Assembly (NCBI RefSeq): GCF_006345805.1
Contig: NW_021827194.1
Span: forward strand, 1 to 11,034
DNA length: 11,034 nucleotides
Direction of reading: 5' to 3'
Source: Octopus sinensis
Taxonomy: Eukaryota
The notes under the pieces: model-generated
What the model saw: only the letters and a program-made list of their open reading frames with translations
Database searches by the model: none
Told to the model about the DNA's origin: nothing
Shown here: piece by piece, positions 1 to 8,994 of the stretch
Layout of the letters: each line of letters opens with the position of its first letter
Position numbering within the stretch: position 1 is the stretch's first letter
Program-made: the position numbers and the translations under genes

Positions 1-242
1 TTATGCGTTGCTTCTAAGGAGAAATGTATTATATGGCTGGTTGGATTCAAAGGACGTTAAGTAGCCATTTTCTCATTTCAAGACTCTACGATAAAAATAG
101 GAAATATGTAAATAAAGTAACTTCAACACAAGAGATTCTCAGCATTTCAAAGAAATCCAGATTACAAAAGCTTAATCCCTTGAAGATTACGTACATAACA
201 AACGTACGAGGCAAACGTCTTCAGAGTGATATACATTTCAAG

Positions 243-243
<1 letters not shown>

Positions 244-298
<55 letters not shown>

Positions 299-344
299 AT
301 ATATACATATATATGTATATAATATATATATATGTATATATACG

Positions 345-385
<41 letters not shown>

Positions 386-423
386 GTATATATATAATAT
401 TCATAAATATATATACATATACA

Positions 424-454
<31 letters not shown>

Positions 455-537
455 TATATACACATATTTATATATATATATATACAATACATACAAATAT
501 ATATATGTATATACATATATATACATATATGTAAATG

Positions 538-570
<33 letters not shown>

Positions 571-603
571 CAATATGGATATATGGATATATATATATAT
601 ATT

Positions 604-638
<35 letters not shown>

Positions 639-702
639 TATATACATATATATTATATATATATATACATATATACATATATACATATATATTATATATA
701 TA

Positions 703-746
<44 letters not shown>

Positions 747-784
747 GGATATATGGATATATATATATATATATATATACCACT

Positions 785-823
<39 letters not shown>

Positions 824-892
824 GTGTGTATGTATATATGTATATAGATATACATATGGATACATAGAGAGACAGACAGAGAGAGAGAGAGA
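244..892. repeat. Compound TA-rich microsatellite ending in a GA/GACA tract
   Basis: Uninterrupted TA alternation at 244-296, then degenerate TA/TACA/TATG units to ~866 and (GA)n to ~892. Confidence 0.97.
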
Positions 893-1049
893 GGGGAAGA
901 ATTGAGATGCACTCACAAACACATACACATATAAATGATATTTATCATGATCTCCCTGTACCCTACAGATAATTTCTAATCTTGTCGTACAAGTATTTTG
1001 TAGTTACACGTAGACGCAGCTATCATTGTTATTGAGTCTCTGTGATAAG

Positions 1050-1377
1050 AACCCAAAACTCTAATAAAAATCCTACTTCGGTACTACCTCTGCCTTTGAT
1101 AGATAACTTGATGGGTCTTACAGAAATTCTATTGGCAATTTCTGAAGTTACTTGGAAATGCTGACCAAGTGAGATAACAAGGGAGAGATAGATTATGGAA
1201 CAAAGATATGTAGATGGTTATATATTGAATACGCTGGAAATACGAAAGACATCTCTGTACGCACATATCCCAAAAGCTGCATCCTAACTTATTGATATAT
1301 TTGGATACAGGGATGCCCATAGGCGCAGTAATCCTTACTTTCGTTAAACAAATATATCCTTTGGGTTTATTGTGCAT
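1050..1377 (-). mobile_element. Possible highly decayed Penelope-like reverse transcriptase remnant
   Basis: Minus ORF reads ITAPMGIPVSKYINKL (PMG at 1323-1315), resembling the PLE GxPMGSPxS motif. A later frame gives NRISVRPIKLSI...EVGFLL, loosely like NxxHPxIKFTxE...FLD. No YxDD is recognisable. Confidence 0.22.
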
Positions 1378-1417
1378 GTGTGTGAATGTGTGTGTGTGAG
1401 TGATGTAAGTGTTTCTA

Positions 1418-1462
<45 letters not shown>
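1375..1462. repeat. (GT)n/(TA)n compound microsatellite
   Basis: Direct reading: GT units followed by a pure TA run up to 1462. Confidence 0.95.
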
Positions 1463-1465
<3 letters not shown>

Positions 1466-1644
1466 CAGGGAAAGTTTACGAAACAAACAAAAGACGAAGA
1501 CAGGTGCTGTACAAAACTAACAGATGTATTAGTATAACGCTCAGGAATAGAAAAGTTCGTTTAAGTTTCGAGCCTACGCTCTTCTACAGAAAGTTACACA
1601 GAAAAAACTAGGAGAGAAAAAAATGCGAGTAGTGGCTAACGATC
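1463..1644 (-). mobile_element. Short interspersed repeat copy 1 with hammerhead-like motif (Penelope pLTR/retrozyme-like)
   Basis: Paralogous to 1913-2076 (roughly 80-85% identical by eye; shared gggaaagttt...gtttcgagcctacgctcttc...cagaaag). It abuts a TA run and the minus strand carries CUGUAGA-A-GAGC-GUAG-GCUC-GAAAC. Confidence 0.7.
1557..1594 (-). ncRNA. Degenerate minimal hammerhead-like fold (probably inactive)
   Basis: ACUUU CUGUAGA A GAGC GUAG GCUC GAAA CUU A AACGA. Stem II is perfect, but the core has A6U, the helix III palindrome is broken (ACUU) and stem I is mismatched. Confidence 0.4.
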
Positions 1645-1880
1645 TATATATATTATTCAAAGGAATTCCAACTCTGTTTTTTTTTATGTTTTTATTTATA
1701 TTCTTTATAATATTAATGTAGAATATAGAATATATAGTATATATACAGTATATATATAGTAAAATGAAATTAAGTATTGATTGTCTTATTGAATAGATGA
1801 AATATTGAATATCAAATATTAAGGGACTAGTATACTTTCTTGCATTTAAGCAGTCTACAAGGCCCTAGGTTGTGACAGGA

Positions 1881-1883
<3 letters not shown>

Positions 1884-1912
<29 letters not shown>
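1884..1912. repeat. (TA)n microsatellite
   Basis: Pure TA run directly adjoining repeat copy 2. Confidence 0.97.
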
Positions 1913-1914
<2 letters not shown>

Positions 1915-2076
1915 CGGGAAAGTTTGCGAAAATAAACAAAAAACGAAGACAGGTGGAGTACAAACAAACAAATGTATTAGCATAGCGCTCAAGAATAGAA
2001 AAAAGTCTTTTACGTTTCGAGCCTACGCTCTTCGGCAGAAAGATACACAGAAAAAAAAACAAGGCGAGAAAAAAAA
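1913..2076 (-). mobile_element. Short interspersed repeat copy 2 with hammerhead-like motif (Penelope pLTR/retrozyme-like)
   Basis: Second copy of 1463-1644, same orientation, offset ~449 bp, also abutting a TA run. Confidence 0.7.
2006..2043 (-). ncRNA. Minimal type I hammerhead-like fold, A6C variant
   Basis: UCUUU CUGCCGA A GAGC GUAG GCUC GAAA CGU A AAAGA. Perfect 5-bp stem I (2043-2039/2010-2006), perfect 4-bp stem II, palindromic ACGU helix III, GUA triplet (position 17 at 2011). Confidence 0.55.
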
Positions 2077-2235
2077 TATATACATATACATACAAATATA
2101 CATATACATATATATATGTGTATATATATATATATATGCGTGTGTATGTGTTTGTGTGTATGTGTTTGTGCGTATGTGTTTGTGTGTGTGAGTGTGTTTG
2201 AGTGTGTGTGTGTGTGTGTGTGTCTGTTTGTGTAT
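2077..2235. repeat. Compound TA/TACA/GT microsatellite
   Basis: Direct reading. Confidence 0.95.
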
Positions 2236-2597
2236 AGCTATAAAAGCACAAACATATATGCACCCATACTGGCATACATGAAGATACACTTATGATGCTG
2301 TTGATGAGGAAGCCCGTTTCCCGCTCATTCTGAGATGAATAAATTGATGTTTGAATTTACGTGAAATTCGAAGGGATCCAATTATAATTTTTCACTGATG
2401 GCTGTTAATCATTTGAAGGGTGGCTAAAACATTTCGAAAAACTGCACATTTCCTCTGCCTCATATACAAAAGTAATTGACTATTAAGTATTTAATGATTT
2501 CCACGTGCCTGTAAGAAGTAACATGTTCTAATTTTGTGGGTATGTTGGCATAATATCTGTTTGTCTTTTGGCTTAAAAGAAACCAGTGAATTAATTT

Positions 2598-2685
2598 AGC
2601 AGTGAGTTGATCTTGATCAATTCACTGCTGTTAAAATCAGTCGTTCCATGTCTTTTAACAGCTGTTAAAACTAGCCGTTCTATGT
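2598..2685. repeat. Cluster of short inverted and direct repeats
   Basis: 15-bp inverted arms 2598-2612/2615-2629 (one G-T pair); perfect 18-bp palindrome ttttaacagctgttaaaa 2653-2670; direct repeat 2627-2651/2661-2685 (21/25 identical). Confidence 0.85.
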
Positions 2686-3769
2686 GTTCCGCTCTTTCTA
2701 TTTCTTGTTCAAATCTTTCTAAGGACCATTTCGTGAATTTCTCTTTTTTTAACGCATTTTAAGTTTCGATAAATGAATTCTAATTCAGGACAGTCGTGAA
2801 GCAACTCCTAGAAAGCCGGTTTAAATTTCATCCGGAACATATTTCTACTCTTTCTAATCTAACTTCAAGGTGTTTGGCGATAAAGATCCAATGCAGTATT
2901 GGTCCTTGCCAATGAAGATGAGAAATATACCTTTTTTTTACCTGCGTACATGCCGACGCAATATATTATACTGGCCTGTACAGAAAGCATTCAAACATTG
3001 TCACTAACTCTTCCTAAATTTTTGCTTTACACATGGAATTTTTGGAACTACAAAGCCCTCTTCATAGTAAATTTAGGTCTGAAATATCCGAGTTCTTTAC
3101 TGGGAAATACGTTACTTGCCAAGAAACATTTTTTTTTTCATCCTAACAATGTTATTGTTTAACCATTCTAAAGCAAATGATAAACGGATATTGTTCATGT
3201 ATTTCCTCTCAGGATGATATACGAAAACGATATAAGGGTAATTCGGGTGTCATTTCGTGGTACGGAGCCAATTATACATTCACAGGTTGTGGTACCTGTG
3301 TGATACAGCGTCAATAATTATAGCTCTAAGGCAGCACTCGTTATATAGTAATAGCAAAACTATCGAGTGTCGTTTTCGGCGTTGATGCGAGTTGTTTGAC
3401 CTAAAGTCAGCCAGGTTTAAGCAGAAATACCATAGACATAAGCGTCAGGTCTATATCATTTCCTTTTGAGAGGCTGCGCGTGAAAATTTATATTGTCTTC
3501 AGAGATATTCTCTCTCAAGGCGAAACAGTATATTGTGTGATCTGTTTGAGATTAATCGAATAAATCTTGCAGCCAGATCGATCATTGAGACTCTATTGTA
3601 ATTATGTTGCAAAGTAGAGGAACGCAAGTGCAGTTTTGTGCATTAAATCGGGTTTAAGTACTAAAGTCAACATTAATGTTTGTTATGGGTTTCTCGATTA
3701 AAATGCACCAGCTTTCCATACAATAAAACTTGCATGCTCACATACAGGGATGCAAAGAAGTATTACAAT

Positions 3770-4011
3770 TATCATATATAATTCGTATATATATGTATTG
3801 TATTATATTATATTATATTATATTTTATTATACTATATTATATGCATATATATATATGTATATATATGTGAGTGTGTGTGTATGTATAAACATCTATATG
3901 TATATATATATATATATATGTAGGTCCCGGGTTGAGTCGGGGTTAACCATATGAGTGTGTGTGTGTATGTGTGTGTGTGTTTGTTTATGTGTGTGTATGT
4001 GTGTGTATGTG
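3770..4011. repeat. Compound TA/ATT/GT microsatellite region
   Basis: Direct reading; interrupted by a ~30-bp GC-richer segment at ~3921-3950. Confidence 0.9.
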
Positions 4012-4590
4012 TAAAAATCGGTATCTCTAATGTGCAGCAAGGTTACAGAATTATTCTACACGTGCATTTTAATGTCTGGGTGTTGTCTTATGAATAAATA
4101 TATGTGTGGGTGCGTGTGGGGTGTTACATGTATAATTCTGCTGTAGCAAGTCAGCAGTAAATAAAAACCGTTCTGTTGCGAAACAATAATAGTGCAGGAA
4201 ATCAAGGACATTGCCTTCTATAGCCGAGAAGAAACACTTTGAATAATTCAGGTCTGTCAACACACACACAATATCATCTTTCTCCCTAAGTACACAGCAA
4301 CACACACAGACACACAGAGCCACAAGCAAATCATTTAAATGAATCAGAGTAACCATAAATGGAATGCCTGATGAATGATATGCTCCATTATGGTAAAGCA
4401 AGAGCAGATAGGAGAGAAATATGCTAAAATGGGTCTTCAGTTTTCCTTCTGAAACGGAAATAACGTGAAAAAATCTCTTCATGAAATATATGTTTCGAAA
4501 GTATATACCTCCAGTAACTGTCGCTTACACATGCGTGTAAGTTAATCCGTGTGATATTCTGTTGGTTCATAAAAATACGAATATTTCTCT

Positions 4591-5226
4591 AGGCGCAGGA
4601 GTGGCTGTGTGGTAAGTAGCTTGTTTACCAAAAATGTTTTTGTATTGTAAAATTTTGGAATTTTTTGTAAAATTTTTGAAAAAAAAAAGAACAATGTCTT
4701 AGAGAAGCGGAAGTCGGCGGGCGTTTTCGTCTTCTCCCATCACCATCTTCGTCCATCACCACCATTCATTAATGTATTTTGTCCAGCCCGCAGCTACTCT
4801 GTGTACTGCCCTAGTGGCAAATTATATGAAATAAAGTAGCTTGTTTACCAACCACATGGTTCCGGGTTCAGTCCCACTGCGTGGCACATTGGGCAAGTGT
4901 CTTCTACTATAGCCTCGGGCCGACCAATGCCTTGTGAGTGGATTTGGTAGACGGAAACTGAAAGAAGCCTGTCGTATATAAGTATATATATGTATATATA
5001 TATGCGTGTGCGTGTTTGTGTGTCTGTGTTTGTCCCCCTAGCATTGCTTGACAATCGATGCTGGTGTGTTTACGTCCCCGTCACTTAGCGGTTTGGCAAA
5101 AGATACCGATAGAATAAGTACTGGACTTACAAAGAATAAGTCCCGGGGTCGAGTTGCTCGACTAAAGGCGGTGCTCCAGCATGGCCGCAGTCAAATGACT
5201 GAAACAAGTAAAAGAGTAAAAGAGTA
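4591..5226 (+). mobile_element. tRNA-derived SINE (family 1), interrupted by an insert at 4632-4833
   Basis: A-box-like tggctgtgtgg 4602-4612, B-box-like ggttcagtccc 4865-4875, internal TA/GT tract ~4975-5030, conserved-looking 3' body and tandem (GTAAAAGA)n tail 5208-5226. Resembles a very common octopus SINE from recall. No flanking TSD found. Confidence 0.88.
4632..4833. mobile_element. Unclassified 202-bp insertion flanked by an 18-bp direct repeat
   Basis: aagtagcttgtttaccaa at 4614-4631 and 4834-4851. Removing the insert plus one repeat copy restores a continuous tRNA-like SINE head. Confidence 0.85.
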
Positions 5227-5245
5227 GCTATACATATTTAGACGC

Positions 5246-5327
5246 GTGTGTGTGTGTATGGGTGTGAATGTGCTTGCATGTTTGAATACATGTATGCCTA
5301 TGATTTAGTGTTTGTGTGTGTGTGTGT

Positions 5328-5363
<36 letters not shown>
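5246..5363. repeat. (GT)n compound microsatellite
   Basis: Direct reading. Confidence 0.9.
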
Positions 5364-5364
<1 letters not shown>

Positions 5365-5780
5365 AGTGTACGTGTGCTTATAAAACTTCATTCTAAATGA
5401 ATTGTTTCGGGCATTACTCAAAAGTTAAGATCATCTCTCTGTCAAAATACAATGGAGTCGAATTTATAGTGTTTTAAGTTGGTCAAGTGTATCTGAGCAT
5501 AGAATTGGATCCAAGGAAAAAAAAATAGACCGGTAGAGTGAAGATACAATGGTGGACACTATGTACATTTTGCTTTCGATTAAATTTTCATGTAATTCAA
5601 ATGCGTGGACATATCAAAAACGGTGTCTCACCGAATATGAATGGAAATCATATTATTCACTGTGTATCCATTACCCAAGATTGATAAAACAAGAATACTC
5701 AATACAGAATCGAAAGAGAAACCAAGTATACTTTATCTCTCTCTCCCCTCTTTGGCCTACGCTTTCTCTCTATGTTGACC

Positions 5781-5837
5781 ATGATAATGATGAGGATGAG
5801 GAGGAGGAGGACGACCATGATGACGATCATGATGATG

Positions 5838-5868
<31 letters not shown>

Positions 5869-6080
5869 AGATGATGATGATGATGATGAAGATGATGATG
5901 ATGATGGTGGTGGTGGTGATGGTGATGGTGATGATGTGGCTGATGAGAATTTGGATGATGTTGATGATGACGACCATGATGATAACGATGATAATTATGA
6001 TGATGATGATGATGATGATCGTGGTGGTGGAGTTGATGATGATGATGATAATGATAGTGATGATGATGATGATGATGATG
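5781..6080. repeat. Degenerate (GAT)n trinucleotide tract
   Basis: ~300 bp of GAT with GAG/GGT/GAC/AAT variants. It explains the poly-D, poly-M and poly-I ORFs. Confidence 0.96.
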
Positions 6081-6430
6081 TTGTTTATGGCGTCTGACTT
6101 CGAAAACGACGTTTCAGTGATCAGTCAATAAAACTGAAAAAACCTCACCTAAATCAAATTCATAAAAGAAGAACAGCATTCTACCAAACACACCCAGTTC
6201 GATGTGAAAAACACTTCGGCAACCAACACATAATATCTACATATAAATATGATAAACAAATTCACCATATTTTTATTCTTTACATATATTTACTTACAAT
6301 GTCATTTACTCCTTCTGATGGCTACCACTGCAATGGTAAATCATTAAAGTTATTTTGAACAGTATGGACACGTAAAATGGCTAATTAATCCATCATGTGA
6401 CCAGATCGCATAATCAAAATTAGGACAATA

Positions 6431-7093
6431 CTAATTTGCAAGACCCATGTGATCATCCACAACATCGTCATAAGCTTCAGGGCATTGACACCTCTAACGT
6501 TGTTCTTTGGGGTGAAATTCTGACAGAAGGCATGCTTCTCCAGAAACGGGAATGTTCACGGCAAAGGCGGCGAGCTGGCAGAAACGTTAGCACGCCGGGC
6601 AAAATGCGTAGCCTTCTTTCGACTGCTGTTACGTTCTGGGTTCAAATTCCGTGAAGGTCTACTTTGCCTATCATCCTTTCGGGGTCGATAAATTAAGTAT
6701 CAGTTACGAACTGGAGTCGATATAATCGACTTAATATGTTTGCCTGTCCTTGTTTGTCCCCTCTGTGTGTAGCCCCTTGTGGGCAGTAAAGAAATAAGAA
6801 ACGGGAATGTTCACAGTTCTACGTTCAGGCAGCAGTTTTTCAAGCTCCGAGGGAATAAGATCAGTTTCATTACGACAGAAGAGTTCATCATCTTGTTCAT
6901 CCAAATCTATGATGACATCTCTTGCTTCCATTTTTGGAAATTGATCACCATCACCAGCAAATCGAGATGTCTGATCATCTTTCAAACCTTTATCAATATG
7001 AACTTCTAATATCTTTTTAGCTTGGTAGGTCTTTCATATGCAGGTTTTACATTGAAGTTTAGGATTGAATGCTCCCTTTTTGCCACCACATCT
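6431..7093 (-). pseudogene. DNAJA: 5'-truncated, probably processed pseudogene of a DnaJ subfamily A (type I Hsp40) co-chaperone
   Basis: Minus frame reads [90 protein letters not shown][SINE]GEACLLSEFHPKEQR*RCQCPEAYDDVVDDHMGLAN*. This matches the DNAJA motifs CKSC, [26 protein letters not shown], [8 protein letters not shown] and EAYEDD. Stops at 7036-7034 and 6496-6494; no J domain; no introns seen. Paralogue (A1/A2/A4) not resolved. Confidence 0.92.
6560..6796 (+). mobile_element. tRNA-derived SINE (family 2) inserted into the DNAJA pseudogene, 18-bp TSD
   Basis: TSD agaaacgggaatgttcac at 6542-6559 and 6797-6814; A-box-like tggcagaaacgtt 6576-6588; B-box-like ggttcaaattcc 6639-6650; A-rich end (agtaaagaaata). 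Excision restores the DNAJA frame. Confidence 0.93.
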
Positions 7094-7099
7094 AAAATA

Positions 7100-7500
7100 A
7101 TGTCTTCGTAATTTTTATGCATTTCACAACGTCTTTATATCTCAAAGTTAGCAAGTGATGTATAACTTTGGCATCTCCAACCCCTTCGACTGCTTGTTCC
7201 ACTTCCAGGGATACATGTTCATATCAAACCTATTAAGTTATCTTTTACTTTACCTTTATATCGTAGTGCAGGTCAATCGGCTCTCCCCTCATTATTTTTC
7301 CAGTTGCTCGAAAAGGACGTGTTTTTCGAATCATCGCCCATTCCTGATCCACGGCCACACCACCTCAGTGAAGGGAAGCCTCAGTACCAGTGATATCACA
7401 CATTGACAGGATATCCCTGTACTTCACTATATTGTCATCCCATTGATCTTTCATTTTCATTTCAAGCGCCACATGTGAGGGACGGTCGATTACTTGAAAT
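7100..7500 (-). mobile_element. Decayed RTE-clade LINE fragment (region C-terminal to the RT core)
   Basis: With frameshifts: HMWRLK..KI.WDD..DILSMCDITGTEASL...MGDDSK.HVLFEQLEK...LRYKGKVKDNL...EQAV.RRGWRCQSYTSLANFE. This follows the RTE pattern FHMRCLRKI.KIKWQD..EVL....I.GIEA.L..RM.D.R.PK.LL.G.L....P.LRYKD.LK.NL..WE..A.DR..WR......FE. Confidence 0.8.
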
Positions 7501-7544
7501 AAATTCTATAAGGCATCGAAAACTATTACATATAAGTATTTAAA

Positions 7545-7847
7545 TGTCTGTATATGCGTTAGCATGTATATGTTGTATACGTGCGTGTGTATGTGTGTGT
7601 GTGTGTATGTGTGGGTGTGTGTGCCCTTGGGCGCGCAATGTGATAACCTTTACACATGCGTATATCAAAGTGTGATCTTTATGGTCTGCAGCAAATGTGT
7701 GTATGTAACTAAGGTTCAATATGTGTTTACGCGTGCATAGTGCTTCAGTGTGTGTGCATGTGCGAGCGCGTTGCTGTATGTGTGTTATGTGTGCGTATGT
7801 ATGTGTGACTCTATACGTGTGTGTGTATGTGTGTGTGTGTGTGTGTA
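7545..7847. repeat. Degenerate GT/GTAT-rich tract
   Basis: Direct reading. Confidence 0.88.
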
Positions 7848-8035
7848 TCGTCAGAGACATTTGCTTGTGCGAATCACGAGCTTCAAGTTCACTTGCTTGG
7901 CCAAGAGAATTGAAGAAATGGGAATTGCACTAGAAATATATAGGTATTATGTTCGTGACTCTGCGATAAAGAGCTCCATATGTGTCGAAGTAAATAGGCA
8001 TTTAACACCAATGATGATACATGTGCATAATTAGA

Positions 8036-8260
8036 TGCGTATACATATGAAAGTATATACATATGTATATATATATATGTATATATATATAGAGAGAGAG
8101 AGAGAGAGAATTAGACACACAAATAGCAAGACACACACACATATGTATATATACATATATATATATATTATGTATGTATGTATATATATATATATATATG
8201 TGGTGTGTGTGTGTGTTGTGTGTGTGCATATGCGCGGGAGTGCGTGCATGTATGTATATT
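8036..8260. repeat. Compound TA/GA/CA/GT microsatellite
   Basis: Direct reading. Confidence 0.92.
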
Positions 8261-8994
8261 TCCGTGCATACGGACGAAGGTGATGACAATTCGACGTGTA
8301 AATATAAAATCTGTCATCGATATGGCTTAAATCACTAAACTGTTGTTGCAATGCCCGAAGTCATGGGATTATATCAATGTTCACCTTTTATTTGCTTATG
8401 AATTCCTCAGGAATTTGCTGTCGAAATTCCACGAAGTCTGCTGTCCAAATATTTCATGACGTCTTCATGGTATCCGGTCGGAATTGCTAAAGTTATATAC
8501 AATCACGTCTTGGGAGATAACAGTTATATGCTTATATATGTAGTCAAATATTTACATACAAATATTTGCAACGGTTTGAGATTTAGTCATTTAGGTATGT
8601 ACCTATAATATGATTCCAAACTTCCAAGGAAAACTTTACTATTTATATACTATTTATTTATTATTTCGTACTTTCTTTAGTTCTAGGTAAATGTTTTATC
8701 GTACCTTTATTTTTTTCTATATGGTATGATTTAAGTTATATCATTCTAGAATTGCTACATGGTGGTTCTTCTCTAATTTATCTAAGAATAAACAAAAACA
8801 GCAACAACAAATACAAATTACATGAACGTATATAAACAGAAGATACAAATATTACAGGCATCCCCCCACATACACACTAACTAAACATAGACGCACATAG
8901 AGATATAAGCATGCGCAAATGAAGACATACAATAGAAATACAAAATGGCTGACGGTTAGTAAGGAGAGACACAAATAGGAAAGAAGAAAACAAA

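Noticed and set aside
226-928. Several long YI/IY-rich ORFs on both strands
   Set aside because: Translations of the TA microsatellite; no coding complexity.
2389-2450. Hammerhead-like ttttca-ctgatg-gctg...tggct-aaaac-atttc-gaaaa
   Set aside because: Needs at least four edits (core deletion, G12A, broken palindrome, stem I register shift); it may be an old relic but is not supportable.
2860-3125. Faint hAT-transposase-like words (DPMQYW, EFLELQ...EFF)
   Set aside because: Motifs are in different frames and in the wrong order for a hAT C-terminus.
3445-3510. Minus-strand CUGAAGA...GAAA
   Set aside because: No closing stem II pairs and no compatible stem I/helix III.
4362-4430. CUGAUGA-A followed by a TGCTC/GAGCA stem and a later GAAA
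   Set aside because: Stem II does not abut GAAA, position 17 would be G, and there is no stem I.
4524-4541. cttacac-atgc-gtgtaag hairpin
   Set aside because: A 7-bp stem is expected by chance in 11 kb; no supporting context.
4800-4833. Helitron-like CTAG plus hairpin near the end of the insert
   Set aside because: CTAG lies inside the hairpin loop rather than at the terminus, and Helitrons do not create 18-bp duplications.
4591-4880. tRNA gene
   Set aside because: A/B boxes belong to a SINE head; no cloverleaf or T-run terminator, and it continues into a SINE body.
6098-6128. Minus-strand CUGAUCA-CU-GAAACGUC
   Set aside because: C3-C8 mismatch, no stem II, no stem I.
5549-6131. 182-aa acidic poly-Asp ORF and overlapping poly-Met/poly-Ile ORFs
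   Set aside because: Open only because (GAT)n lacks stops in these frames; the unique N-terminal part shows no recognisable homology.
6272-6277. Minus-strand AATAAA as the retrocopy polyadenylation signal
   Set aside because: No poly(A) tail or TSD follows, and the hexamer is common in AT-rich DNA.
6731-6985. 84-aa minus ORF as an intact gene
   Set aside because: It is the middle of the DNAJA pseudogene; it starts at a TTG downstream of a nonsense codon and its last ~20 residues read into the SINE.
7140-7230. EQAVEG and VIHHL as DNAJA J-domain/G-F region residues
   Set aside because: The same bases fit the continuing RTE pattern (WEQA..RRGWR..FE) better and colinearly.
7855-7943. AG...GT-bounded open segment (RHLLVRITSFKF...)
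   Set aside because: GT-repeat instead of a pyrimidine tract, weak donor, no homology.
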